From Alphaproteobacteria bacterium (GTDB lineage: Bacteria > Pseudomonadota > Alphaproteobacteria > RF32 > CAG-239), in contig JAFTWG010000001.1 of NCBI GenBank assembly GCA_017465405.1, positions 9,044 to 73,043 on the forward strand: a stretch of 64,000 bases of DNA, read 5' to 3'. Position 1 is the stretch's first letter. Each line of letters begins with the position of its first letter. The notes beneath the pieces were generated by a model. It worked only from the letters and a program-made list of their open reading frames with translations. It did not search any database and was not told where the DNA came from. Positions 1 through 9,651 of the stretch are shown piece by piece. A program made the translations under genes and the position numbers.

Positions 1-392
1 ACAATTCGTTTATCGTTAAAAATTTTAAACTGACGGGCAGTTTCTTTCAAATATTCAACTCCATGGCCGCAACCTGCATGAACTACAATAGTTTTAGCCT
101 GTAAAACATCGGCTGCATATTGTGATGAAGATAAAATTTGGCAATTTTCTTTTTCTTTACTTTTATCTCCGGCATCAAATCCCATAACATTATGCGGGGC
201 ATGTATTCTGACTTCAACACCTTTTGCCCAATCTGCAAAAGTATCAATATCTTCTTTAGGAGTTTGCGGCACCACCATCAATTCAATAAACATTCTATCC
301 GCATTTTTACGTACAAAATCCAAACCTTGAGTAACAAGGTTTGGATTGTTTTGCACATTATTACTGAATAATTTAAAACTGTATTTACGCAT
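1..392 (-). CDS. TIM-barrel protein, xylose-isomerase/AP-endonuclease-2-like (partial, runs off the window start)
   Basis: Not in the ORF track. Manual translation from the ATG overlapping the rmlB stop gives MRKYSFKLFSNN...VRIHAPH...TIVVHAGCG, open to the window edge. IHAP and VVH.G motifs fit this family. Confidence 0.6.
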   Translation of the reverse strand, partial: MRKYSFKLFSNNVQNNPNLVTQGLDFVRKNADRMFIELMVVPQTPKEDIDTFADWAKGVEVRIHAPHNVMGFDAGDKSKEKENCQILSSSQYAADVLQAKTIVVHAGCGHGVEYLKETARQFKIFNDKRI

Positions 393-1395
393 TTTTCAAA
401 TACCATTCTACCGTCTTAACAATTCCGCTGGCAAAATTTTCATCAGCTTTCCAGTTTAGTTCTGTTGTTAATTTTGTCGCATCAATAGCATAACGTCTGT
501 CATGTCCGGGTCTGTCTTTAACAAAGACAACTAAATCCTTATATGATTTTCCGTTTGCTTGCGGCCGCTCCTTATCCAAAATAGAACAAATTGCATCTAC
601 AATTTCCAAATTATTTTTTTCATTATGTCCGCCGACATTATATGTTTCACCGCTTTTACCGTTATGATAAATCAAATCTATTGCCTTACAATGATCTAAC
701 ACATACAACCAATCACGCACGTTTTTACCATCACCGTAAATCGGTATATTTTTACCGGATAAAGCATTTGAGACAATCTTCGGAATAAGCTTTTCCGGAT
801 GTTGTTTCGGACCATAATTATTAGAGCAATTAGATACGGTAATATTCATTCCGTATGTTCTGTGATAAGCTCGAGCAATCATATCAGAAGAAGCTTTGGA
901 AGAAGAATATGGAGAACTCGGATCATAAGGTGTCTTTTCGGTAAAATAACCGGTATCACCCAGAGCACCATATACCTCATCAGTTGAAATATGGTGAAAA
1001 CGACAATCTTCATAACCTGCTTTAACCTGATGAGGAGCATCCATCCAATATTTACGAGCCACATCCAAAAGTGTAAATGTTCCCAACACATTGGTTTCAA
1101 TAAAAGCTTGCGGACCTGAAATAGAATTATCTACATGGCTTTCAGCCGCAAAGTGAACAACACCTCGTATATCGTTTTCTTCAAAAAGCTTTTCAATCAA
1201 TGCTCTGTCGCAAATATCACCTTGCACAAACATATAATTTTCAGCATTTTCGCATTCTTTCAAATTATCCAAATTTCCGGCATAAGTGAGTTTATCCAAA
1301 TTTATAATTTTATATTGCGGATATTTTGCCACCATATATGGCACAAAATTAGAACCGATAAATCCGGCACCACCGGTAACTAAAACAGATTTCAT
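385..1395 (-). CDS. rfbB: dTDP-glucose 4,6-dehydratase
   Basis: GGAGFIG, HFAAESHVD, STDEVYG, YSSSK, DRPGHDRRY motifs. Confidence 0.97.
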   Translation of the reverse strand: MKSVLVTGGAGFIGSNFVPYMVAKYPQYKIINLDKLTYAGNLDNLKECENAENYMFVQGDICDRALIEKLFEENDIRGVVHFAAESHVDNSISGPQAFIETNVLGTFTLLDVARKYWMDAPHQVKAGYEDCRFHHISTDEVYGALGDTGYFTEKTPYDPSSPYSSSKASSDMIARAYHRTYGMNITVSNCSNNYGPKQHPEKLIPKIVSNALSGKNIPIYGDGKNVRDWLYVLDHCKAIDLIYHNGKSGETYNVGGHNEKNNLEIVDAICSILDKERPQANGKSYKDLVVFVKDRPGHDRRYAIDATKLTTELNWKADENFASGIVKTVEWYLKNA

Positions 1396-1400
1396 ATTCC

Positions 1401-2231
1401 TTATCCCTTCAAATTATTAATACATTCTTGCAAAGCTTCTTCCCAATGACGTATTTTTATCCCAAAATCAGTTTTAATTTTGCTCTTATTTAAAACTGAA
1501 TATGACGGACGCACAGCCTTTGTCGGATATTGAGAACTTTCAATCGGAAAAACCTTACAAGACAAATTTGATTTTTTCATAATTTCCACAGCAAAATCAT
1601 ACCAAGAACAAACGCCTTCATTTGAAAAATGATATATTTCTTTAGTACCTTTTTTTAGCTGCGGTAAAATTTCAACAATAGCTTGTGCTAAATCTTTAGC
1701 ATAAGTAGGCGAGCCGATTTGATCAAAAACCACATTAAGGCTTTCTCGTTCAGCTCCTAATCTTTGCATTGTTTTTACAAAGTTATTACCAAATTCGGAA
1801 TATAACCACGCTGTTCTTATAACCACAGCTGTTGAGGCATTTTCAATTACAGCTTTTTCACCTGCCAATTTCGTAACTCCGTAAACCGAACGAGGAGCTG
1901 TTTCATCACCTTCCTTATATGGCACACAATTTTGTCCGTCAAACACATAGTCTGTTGATACATGAACCAACGGAACTCCCGTTTTGGCCAAATTTTCAGG
2001 ACCGATTACATTTATTTTTTCAGCCAATTCAGGCTCATCTTCGGCTTTATCAACTGCGGTATAGGCCGCACAATTTATAATCGCCTCATATTTGTCTTTT
2101 GTAATATAGTCAGAAACTGCTGCTTCATCAGTAATATCAAGCTCTTCTCGGTCAACATATTCGGCTTTGTTCTGCAACAACAAACGCAACTCATTTCCGA
2201 GTTGTCCGTTAGCACCAACAACTAAAAACAT
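1401..2231 (-). CDS. rfbD: dTDP-4-dehydrorhamnose reductase
   Basis: GANGQLG, NCAAYTAVD, STDYVFDG, YGVTKLAGE motifs. Confidence 0.97.
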   Translation of the reverse strand: MFLVVGANGQLGNELRLLLQNKAEYVDREELDITDEAAVSDYITKDKYEAIINCAAYTAVDKAEDEPELAEKINVIGPENLAKTGVPLVHVSTDYVFDGQNCVPYKEGDETAPRSVYGVTKLAGEKAVIENASTAVVIRTAWLYSEFGNNFVKTMQRLGAERESLNVVFDQIGSPTYAKDLAQAIVEILPQLKKGTKEIYHFSNEGVCSWYDFAVEIMKKSNLSCKVFPIESSQYPTKAVRPSYSVLNKSKIKTDFGIKIRHWEEALQECINNLKG

Positions 2232-2767
2232 TCAATTTCCTCCAATAACGGATTGACCTTATCTTTATCAGATAAAATTGCTTTATCGGTATCGATTTTC
2301 CAATCAATTCCCAACTTCGGATCATTGTAACGCAAACCGCCTTCAGAAGCTTTATTATATACATTGTCACATTTATACGCAAAAACAGCTGTTTCGGAAA
2401 GCACCGAAAATCCATGTCCGAAACCTCTCGGTATCATTAGCTGACGACGATTTTCAGCACTTAATTCAACAGCAACATGTTTTCCGAAAGTCGGAGAATC
2501 TTTGCGCAAATCTACTGCAACATCAAGAACCGTGCCTTCTAAAACACGCACTAATTTAGCTTGAGCATATTCACCTTTTTGAAAATGGATACCTCTGATT
2601 GTGCCATATTTAGATTTAGATTGATTATCCTGAATAAAATCATAATCAATCCCTTGCTCTTTCAGCTTCTCTTTATTGTAACTTTCAAAAAAATAACCGC
2701 GTTCATCTTCAAACACTTGTGGCTCAATAATGAACACTCCCTCAATTTCTGTTTTAGAAACCTTCAT
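2222..2767 (-). CDS. rfbC: dTDP-4-dehydrorhamnose 3,5-epimerase
   Basis: [31 protein letters not shown] motifs; start taken at MKVSKTE. Confidence 0.96.
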   Translation of the reverse strand: MKVSKTEIEGVFIIEPQVFEDERGYFFESYNKEKLKEQGIDYDFIQDNQSKSKYGTIRGIHFQKGEYAQAKLVRVLEGTVLDVAVDLRKDSPTFGKHVAVELSAENRRQLMIPRGFGHGFSVLSETAVFAYKCDNVYNKASEGGLRYNDPKLGIDWKIDTDKAILSDKDKVNPLLEEIECF

Positions 2768-3638
2768 GATAGTCCTCATAAACTCGTTTTAAATATGCTT
2801 TATAATCAGTGCCATCCTTGAGCTCATCAATAATTTTTAAAAGTTGTTTATTATCAATAAAGCCTCTGCGATATGCAATTTCTTCAATACAAGCAATTTT
2901 CAAATCCTGACGTTTTTCAATAATTCCGATAAAGTTAGATGCTTCTAACAAAGATTGCGGAGTTCCGGCATCAAGCCAAGCATTTCCTCTTTTCATCGGC
3001 AAGACATTTAAGCGTCCTTCTTCCAAATACATTCTGTTCAAATCTGTAATTTCCAATTCACCACGAGCCGAAGGCTTTAAGTTACGGGCTTTCTCAACAA
3101 CGTCTGATTTATAGAAATACAAACCGACCACTGCATAATTTGACTTTGGTTGTTTGGGCTTTTCCTCAATGGAAACAGCTTTAAAATCTTTATCAAATTC
3201 AACCACACCAAATCTTTCCGGATCAGAAACGTGATAACCGAATACAGTACCTCCGGGGTTATTGGCAATTTCTTGACGAAACAATTTTAATTGTTCACCC
3301 ATATAGAAAATATTATCTCCCAAAATCAAGCACACATCGTCATTGCCGATAAAATCAGCTCCGATTGTAAATGCCTGCGCGATTCCTTTCGGTTCTTCTT
3401 GTACTCGATATTCCAAATTCATTCCCAAACGAGAACCATCTCCAAACAAACGTTCAATATTAGGTGTATCTTGCGGAGTTGAAATAATCAAAATATCTTT
3501 AATTCCGAACAACATCAAAGTTGAAAGCGGGTAATAAATCATCGGTTTGTCATAAACCGGCAAAAGTTGTTTACTGGTAATACTGGTCAAAGGATAAAGC
3601 CTTGAACCGCTACCGCCAGCCAGAATAATACCTTTCAT
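2754..3638 (-). CDS. rfbA: glucose-1-phosphate thymidylyltransferase
   Basis: [39 protein letters not shown] motifs. Confidence 0.97.
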   Translation of the reverse strand: MKGIILAGGSGSRLYPLTSITSKQLLPVYDKPMIYYPLSTLMLFGIKDILIISTPQDTPNIERLFGDGSRLGMNLEYRVQEEPKGIAQAFTIGADFIGNDDVCLILGDNIFYMGEQLKLFRQEIANNPGGTVFGYHVSDPERFGVVEFDKDFKAVSIEEKPKQPKSNYAVVGLYFYKSDVVEKARNLKPSARGELEITDLNRMYLEEGRLNVLPMKRGNAWLDAGTPQSLLEASNFIGIIEKRQDLKIACIEEIAYRRGFIDNKQLLKIIDELKDGTDYKAYLKRVYEDYHEGF

Positions 3639-3803
3639 TTTTTAATCCTCTATAGTTTAACTTTAATGGTTCCATAGTATAACGATACACATATAAATCA
3701 AGATTATATTTTTTCTATCAACAGTAGAATTACAACCAAAGTTTATACTTAAATTTAGCAAAAAAGATAATATCTATATTTTGAATAAATAAAGGATATA
3801 CAA

Positions 3804-4169
3804 ATGCAAAACCTTTCGGAAGAACAATACAAAATTTTACGCCACAAAGGAACCGAACCTGCATTTTCAGGCAAATATTATTTATTTAGCCAAGAAGGAA
3901 TTTATGTTTGTGCCGCATGCGGAAACCCTATTTTCACTTCAGAACAAAAATTTGATTGCGGTTGCGGATGGCCGAGTTTCGATTCGGCGCTTCCCGGAAG
4001 TGTAAAACTGTTACCGGATTACAGTTGCGGAACTAAAAGAACGGAAGTATGCTGTGCTAACTGTCACTCTCATCTGGGACACGTTTTTGACGATGGTCCG
4101 ACTTTAACCGGAACTCGTTTTTGCATCAACTCACTTGCTATGGATTTTCATCCGCGACAAAAACACTAA
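3804..4169 (+). CDS. msrB: peptide-methionine (R)-S-oxide reductase
   Basis: GTEPAFSG, CAAC, GWPSF, HLGHVFDDGP, RFCINS motifs. Confidence 0.96.
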   Translation: MQNLSEEQYKILRHKGTEPAFSGKYYLFSQEGIYVCAACGNPIFTSEQKFDCGCGWPSFDSALPGSVKLLPDYSCGTKRTEVCCANCHSHLGHVFDDGPTLTGTRFCINSLAMDFHPRQKH

Positions 4170-5080
4170 AGAAATGCTTTAGTTTCCTTTATAATTGTTT
4201 TTTGTAATAAATCACTACCATGTCCGATATCAGGAACAATAACCAGTTTGGAATTAGGCATAACCTTATGCAAGTCATAAGCTCCCTGAACAGGGCATAC
4301 AAAATCCAAACGATTATGAACAATCAAAGTCGGAATGTGCTTAATTTTTGCAATATTATCCATAATGTAGCCGTCTTCAAGCATAAATTCTTTTGCCGCA
4401 TAATTTATGTAAACCCGTGTAGAAGCTATATCATCTGCCGTGATTTCGCCAAATTCTAACGACGGATTTAGTTTTCCCAACACCCATTCATATCGACCAT
4501 ATAAACTTACGGCCTTAACCTGTTCCACCAAATTTTCCGAATTTATCATTTCGGCAAAAGCTTTCGCTATCGACTGATTATTTGGGGTTTCATTTTTCAT
4601 TTTTTCTAACATATCCGGATAAAACAAACCGCTCTGATTTTCAAGCCAATCGACACCGGCTTTGTCTGCCAAAAAAATCTGGCTAACAAAAAGTTTTTTT
4701 ACTCTTTTAGGATTTTTTATCGCAAATAATAAAGCCAAGGTTGACCCCCAAGAACCGCCTTTTACGATAACTTCGTCTTTTATATTTAAATATTCAAGCA
4801 GTCGTTCGGCATCTTCCAACAGTTTCTGAGTGGTATTATTTTTCATTTCTCCGGCAGGAAGCGACTTTCCTCCACCTCGTTGATCAAATAGTATCATACG
4901 ATACTTTTTACGGTCAAAACTGTATGTATGTTTAATCTTAGCCGAACCACCCGGACCTCCGTGAAATATAAGAACAGGCTCTCCTTTAGGATTTCCCGCT
5001 TCCATAAAATATACTTTATGTCCGTCTTTTTCGGGCAGATAGCCGGAATTGTAAATTTTAGGCTTAAACCAATTAAACAT
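4166..5080 (-). CDS. pip: prolyl aminopeptidase (proline iminopeptidase)
   Basis: HGGPG, FDQRG, GGSWG nucleophile elbow, D..CP and GH catalytic motifs. Confidence 0.85.
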   Translation of the reverse strand: MFNWFKPKIYNSGYLPEKDGHKVYFMEAGNPKGEPVLIFHGGPGGSAKIKHTYSFDRKKYRMILFDQRGGGKSLPAGEMKNNTTQKLLEDAERLLEYLNIKDEVIVKGGSWGSTLALLFAIKNPKRVKKLFVSQIFLADKAGVDWLENQSGLFYPDMLEKMKNETPNNQSIAKAFAEMINSENLVEQVKAVSLYGRYEWVLGKLNPSLEFGEITADDIASTRVYINYAAKEFMLEDGYIMDNIAKIKHIPTLIVHNRLDFVCPVQGAYDLHKVMPNSKLVIVPDIGHGSDLLQKTIIKETKAFL

Positions 5081-5081
5081 A

Positions 5082-5933
5082 TCACACCTCTTTTAACATT
5101 TTTATTTGTTCTTCTGTTTGTTGTTCTAACAGCAAAGGAATATCATTATCTATCATTATTTGCAACTGTCTCATCATTTTATCCATTCCGCAATGCCTGA
5201 AATTATAAGGATTTTTCTCGCCATTTACATCTTCATTAAAACAACAAATATATTCATATAAATCTTTAGCATTAAAATTATGATAATTATCGGCATTGTA
5301 CATATATAGCAGTAAAGTTTCGCACATACCGTTTTTTATGTCTTCTTCATTTTTACAAGGCGATAAAGGACCTTGAACATAGTCAATCCCTATTTTTTTA
5401 GCCCCATATTTTCTTTCTATCAAATCACATCTTTTTTTAGGAGACATACAGTCCACCAACGGATCAGGATTATCCTCATCATAGTTTATTTTATCCGGAT
5501 TGTTTGCTTCCCACAATATGGCTTTTAACGGTTCATTATTTATTTTTGAGTTTATATTTTGCAATCTTTTTTCTACATATTCGCATATTTGTTTTCCGCT
5601 TAACACTTTTGAATATTTTTTATCTCTGACAAGATATTCCACCAATCCGCAACTGCTTTTTCCGGCAATTCCTCCAACAGCAAATCCTATAACTTCGGGA
5701 TTTTCACTCATTAAATTATAGCCGAACGCCACATATACATGTTGTCCTTTTTCAACTCCTGAATTCAAATTTTCCAACCAATATTCGACTTTTTCCTGTT
5801 CATTCGGCAACGGAAAAGTTTGATTATACAAACCATCATGAATTTTTATCAACAAACTTGTAGCCGTATCAATTTGCTTTATATCTTTATTTTCAAATAT
5901 CTCGGTAAAATCTGCTATTTCAATATCAATCAT
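5082..5933 (-). CDS. hypothetical protein, possible GNAT-fold acetyltransferase
   Basis: VIGFAVG...LVEYLV and KR...YG...IDYVQ.PL patterns resemble an uncharacterised GNAT subfamily. Confidence 0.45.
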   Translation of the reverse strand: MIDIEIADFTEIFENKDIKQIDTATSLLIKIHDGLYNQTFPLPNEQEKVEYWLENLNSGVEKGQHVYVAFGYNLMSENPEVIGFAVGGIAGKSSCGLVEYLVRDKKYSKVLSGKQICEYVEKRLQNINSKINNEPLKAILWEANNPDKINYDEDNPDPLVDCMSPKKRCDLIERKYGAKKIGIDYVQGPLSPCKNEEDIKNGMCETLLLYMYNADNYHNFNAKDLYEYICCFNEDVNGEKNPYNFRHCGMDKMMRQLQIMIDNDIPLLLEQQTEEQIKMLKEV

Positions 5934-5965
5934 ACAATACCTTAATTTTAATTATACTTTGAAAA

Positions 5966-5993
5966 AGTTTAGCATAGCACTTTTTACTGTCAA
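5966..5993 (-). promoter_or_regulatory. sigma70-like promoter for the GNAT-like/pip genes
   Basis: Minus strand TTGACA-16 nt-TAAACT with TGn extension. Confidence 0.5.
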
Positions 5994-6060
5994 GCTTTAC
6001 CTTTTGTTTAGCATTTTTACCTAATATATAATAAATAGTAATAGCAAAGGATAACATCAA

Positions 6061-6858
6061 ATGAGATTAATTATAAATTCGGATTATGACAAATGCTCAC
6101 GTTGGGCTGCCGATTATGTTGCTTATAAAATTAAAGCAGCACGCCCGACTAAAGAAAAGCCTTTTGTCATGGCAATTCCGGCCGGAAGCTCCCCGCTCGG
6201 AATGTTCAAACTTTTGATTGAAATGTTCAAGAAAGGAAAAATTTCTTTTCAAAATGTAGTATTTTTCAATATGGTTGAATATGTCGGTTTACCAAACAAT
6301 GATATAAAAAGTTTTCACTATGCTTTATGGGAAAATTTTTTCCAACATATTGACGCAAGACAACAAAATATCCATTTATTGAACGGACAAGCTAAAGATT
6401 TTGCCAAAGAGTGTAAAAACTATGAAAAACTCATCCGTAGCTACGGAGGTATCGATTTACTTATCGGCGGAGTTGGCGAAGACGGACATATTGCTCTCAA
6501 TGAACCCGGTTCATCACTGGTTTCTCGCACCAGATTAAAAGCCCTAAATCGTAATACCTTACGTGCAAATGCTCGCTTCTTTAATGACGATGTAAACCAA
6601 GTTCCAAAAACTGCGGTTACAATCGGTATTGCAACCATTATGGATGCCAAAGAAGTTATGATTATAGCTTCCGGTGATAAAAAAGCAGAGGCTGTCCATT
6701 GTGCTGTTGAAGGAAGTGTTAACCACATGTGTCCTATCAGTATTTTACAAATGCACGAACATGCAATGATTGTTTGTGATGAAGATGCAACCTCAAAACT
6801 CAAAGCCGATACGGTGAGATATTTTAACGATAATGAAGAAACCAAATTCGGAAAATAG
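6061..6858 (+). CDS. nagB: glucosamine-6-phosphate deaminase homolog with the catalytic Asp substituted
   Basis: MRLII...PFV...GSSP, DGHIALNEPGSS, RFF..D...VPK motifs; the usual NMDEY reads NMVEY. Confidence 0.85.
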   Translation: MRLIINSDYDKCSRWAADYVAYKIKAARPTKEKPFVMAIPAGSSPLGMFKLLIEMFKKGKISFQNVVFFNMVEYVGLPNNDIKSFHYALWENFFQHIDARQQNIHLLNGQAKDFAKECKNYEKLIRSYGGIDLLIGGVGEDGHIALNEPGSSLVSRTRLKALNRNTLRANARFFNDDVNQVPKTAVTIGIATIMDAKEVMIIASGDKKAEAVHCAVEGSVNHMCPISILQMHEHAMIVCDEDATSKLKADTVRYFNDNEETKFGK

Positions 6859-6862
6859 CAGC

Positions 6863-6887
6863 AAGCCGTCATTTTGACGGCTTTTTT
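6863..6887 (+). terminator. intrinsic terminator after nagB
   Basis: AAGCCGTCA-ttt-TGACGGCTT followed by a T run. Confidence 0.85.
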
Positions 6888-6909
6888 CTTATTTTATTAA
6901 AGATAAAAC

Positions 6910-6938
6910 TTGAAAGCTGAAAATATTAATGCTACATT
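6910..6938 (+). promoter_or_regulatory. sigma70-like promoter
   Basis: TTGAAA-17 nt-TACATT with TGn extension, upstream of the 6982 ORF. Confidence 0.45.
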
Positions 6939-6981
6939 TATCTATATCTCTAGATTATTAACATATTAAAAACTGCAGTGT

Positions 6982-7365
6982 ATGATAAGTGTTTTTAGTG
7001 CACCGATGCTGGTTATGATGGGTATTGCCTATGTCACAATATCAGCAATTTTTTACATTATGTGGCGCAAGTATACTAAAAGCTGGACAGCAGTTTTTAT
7101 GGTATGCTCCGCGTTTAGTGTTTCTGTCGGAGTTATGTCGCAGATTATCGGCATTATAGCCATATTCAAGCCACATTTTCCGTTAGCGTTCCTCCCTGCT
7201 GATTTTCAGCTATATATGTTCGGAACGGCAGGTCTCTTGTTCATTATATGGTGGATACCTTGGATTATCTTTAATTGGGAAATTATCAAAAAAAACGCCC
7301 TAAAAGAACTTCAGGACATCAAAAAGAACAAAAGGAAAAAGAAGAAAAATAAGAAACCCGGTTAA
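6982..7365 (+). CDS. hypothetical membrane protein (about 3 TM segments, Lys-rich tail)
   Basis: Hydrophobic segments; flanked by its own promoter-like site and terminator. Confidence 0.7.
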   Translation: MISVFSAPMLVMMGIAYVTISAIFYIMWRKYTKSWTAVFMVCSAFSVSVGVMSQIIGIIAIFKPHFPLAFLPADFQLYMFGTAGLLFIIWWIPWIIFNWEIIKKNALKELQDIKKNKRKKKKNKKPG

Positions 7366-7385
7366 CTCTCGGGTTTCTTTTTTTT
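7351..7385 (+). terminator. intrinsic terminator
   Basis: AAGAAACCCG...CGGGTTTCTT followed by a T run. Confidence 0.8.
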
Positions 7386-7434
7386 ATTGCAAAAATGAGC
7401 ATTTGCATTATATTGAGCTCGGAGAAATTGATAA

Positions 7435-8478
7435 ATGGTAGAAGTAGTTACATTAGGCTGTCGAATAAACAGCTATGAATCTGAAATATTAAAAGAAAAA
7501 TTTGCCAAAGTTGATAACTTGGTAATAGTAAATACTTGTGCCGTTACTAAAGAAGCAGAAAGACAATGCAGACAGACAATTAGAAAACTACGTAAACAAA
7601 ATCCCGAAGCAAAAATTGTTGTGACCGGATGTGCGGCACAAGTCAATCCGCAAACATTTGCAAAAATGCCGGAGATTGATTTAATTCTCGGCAATAAAGA
7701 AAAAACAGCTATTGAAAAATATTTGCAAACTGATTTATCCGAAAAAACTATTGTCGGAGACATATTTAAATATGACGGATATGATGATTATTTGATTACC
7801 GGATTTGAAGGTCGTCAAAGAGCATTCGTGCAAGTACAACAAGGTTGCAATCATCGTTGTACATATTGTATTGTTCCTTTTGCCAGAGGAAACAATCGCT
7901 CTGTTCCGCAACAAAAAATTTTAGAACAAATAAAAACTCTGCTTGAGCAAGGTTTCAAAGAAATTTGCTTGACCGGAGTTGATGTTTGCTCATATCAACC
8001 GTCTTTTAGCGGTTTGGTTGCCGCTATTTTACAAACTTTCCCCGAAATTCCTTCTCTGCAATTCGGCTCACTAGACCCTGCTGCTATTGATGATGAATTT
8101 ATAAATTTAGTCGGAAAACATAAAAACATATTGCCTATGTTTCATTTATCAATTCAGTCCGGTGATAATCTTATATTAAAACGTATGCGACGTCGCCATT
8201 CTCGAGAAGATGTCATAAACTTATGCAACAAAATTCGTGCTGTAAGACCGGAAGCAACTTTCGGTGCTGATTTTATTTGCGGTTTTCCAACCGAAAAAGA
8301 AGAAAATTTTATTAATACATATAATTTGGTAGACGAAGCCGGAATTAGCCGTCTACACGTATTTCCATACTCGGAAAGACCGGGAACGCCTGCTGCATTG
8401 ATGCCACAAGTTGATGTTGAAGAACGTCGTGAACGAGCTAAGAGATTAAGAGAAAAAGGAGAAGTTATAAATGGCTAG
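7435..8478 (+). CDS. mtaB: tRNA threonylcarbamoyladenosine methylthiotransferase MtaB
   Basis: TLGCRIN, NTCAVT, VTGCAAQ, CNHRCTYC radical-SAM motif, HVFPYS; next to ftsY as in alphaproteobacteria. Confidence 0.88.
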   Translation: MVEVVTLGCRINSYESEILKEKFAKVDNLVIVNTCAVTKEAERQCRQTIRKLRKQNPEAKIVVTGCAAQVNPQTFAKMPEIDLILGNKEKTAIEKYLQTDLSEKTIVGDIFKYDGYDDYLITGFEGRQRAFVQVQQGCNHRCTYCIVPFARGNNRSVPQQKILEQIKTLLEQGFKEICLTGVDVCSYQPSFSGLVAAILQTFPEIPSLQFGSLDPAAIDDEFINLVGKHKNILPMFHLSIQSGDNLILKRMRRRHSREDVINLCNKIRAVRPEATFGADFICGFPTEKEENFINTYNLVDEAGISRLHVFPYSERPGTPAALMPQVDVEERRERAKRLREKGEVING

Positions 8479-9385
8479 TTGGTTAAACAAATTAGGACTG
8501 GGGCTTAAAAAATCTTCTGCTCGTTTAACCGACGGCATTAGTGGTATTTTCACTAAAAAGAGGTTGGATAGCCAAACTCTTGAAGAACTGGAAGAACTTT
8601 TGATTAGTGCGGATATGGGGGTTATGACCTCAGCCAAAATCATTTCTTCTTTCGGCTCAAAAAGACAAGATAAAGACATTAGCGAAAATGAAATTCGCCA
8701 ATTGTTAGCCGAAGAGATTGAAAAAATTATACTCCCTTGTGAAAAATCATTAGTTATAGATAGAAGCAAAAAACCTTTTGTAATTATGATGATTGGAGTT
8801 AACGGAGCAGGAAAAACCACAACAATAGGAAAGCTCACTCAAAAATTCAAAAATCAAGGTCTGAAAGTTTCACTCATTGCGGCTGACACATTTAGAGCTG
8901 CAGCAGTTGAGCAACTAAAAGTTTGGGGTGAACGCTCAAATGTTCGAGTATTTGCCGGAGAGAACGGCTGCGACAGTGCCGGACTTTGCTATGACGGATT
9001 AGCTCAAGCAATTAAAAATGATGATGACATTGTGTTTATTGATACCGCCGGACGATTGCAAAACAAAAACGGACTTATGGATGAACTAAAAAAAATAAAT
9101 CGTGTTATCAAAAAAATAATTCCTTCTGCCCCTCATTCGACAATTTTAACTTTAGATGCGACTAATGGTCAAAATGCTCTGTCGCAAGTAGAAATTTTTA
9201 GTCAAGCCACGGAAGTAAGCGGACTGATAATTACGAAACTAGATGGAACGGCTAAAGGCGGAATTTTAGCTGCAATTGCTGACAAACATCCGATTCCCGT
9301 TCATTATATCGGTATCGGTGAAGGTATCGATGATTTAGATGAATTTAAAGCCGCCGAATACGCTAAAAGTTTATTAAATATATAA
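8471..9385 (+). CDS. ftsY: signal recognition particle receptor
   Basis: GVNGAGKTT, DTFRAAA, DTAGR, TKLDGTAKGG motifs. Confidence 0.97.
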   Translation: MASWLNKLGLGLKKSSARLTDGISGIFTKKRLDSQTLEELEELLISADMGVMTSAKIISSFGSKRQDKDISENEIRQLLAEEIEKIILPCEKSLVIDRSKKPFVIMMIGVNGAGKTTTIGKLTQKFKNQGLKVSLIAADTFRAAAVEQLKVWGERSNVRVFAGENGCDSAGLCYDGLAQAIKNDDDIVFIDTAGRLQNKNGLMDELKKINRVIKKIIPSAPHSTILTLDATNGQNALSQVEIFSQATEVSGLIITKLDGTAKGGILAAIADKHPIPVHYIGIGEGIDDLDEFKAAEYAKSLLNI

Positions 9386-9452
9386 AAATATTGCTTAATA
9401 AATAAATTGTTGTATATTTGAGACAATATTCAAATTATCAACAAATTATCCT

Positions 9453-9596
9453 ATGACACTAGTTAATTTTCTTCTTGCTATCATCGTTATACTTACGGTT
9501 GTATGCATTTGCCTACTTGTAAAAGTACGCAAACTCAAACGCAGGAACAAAGATTTACATACACAAGTATGGATTTCTTCTTCCGATCATTGCTGA
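9453..9596 (+). CDS. putative 47-aa single-TM small protein
   Basis: Manual translation MTLVNFLLAIIVILTVVCICLLVKVRKLKRRNKDLHTQVWISSSDHC; below the ORF-track cutoff; followed by a terminator. Confidence 0.55.
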   Translation: MTLVNFLLAIIVILTVVCICLLVKVRKLKRRNKDLHTQVWISSSDHC

Positions 9597-9616
9597 TTTT
9601 AATCGCAAATCCATTT

Positions 9617-9650
9617 AAAAAAGCAGGGCATTAACTCCCTGCTCTTTTTT
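9617..9650. terminator. bidirectional intrinsic terminator
   Basis: A6-GCAGGG-loop-CCCTGC followed by a T run, between convergent genes. Confidence 0.8.
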
Positions 9651-9651
9651 A

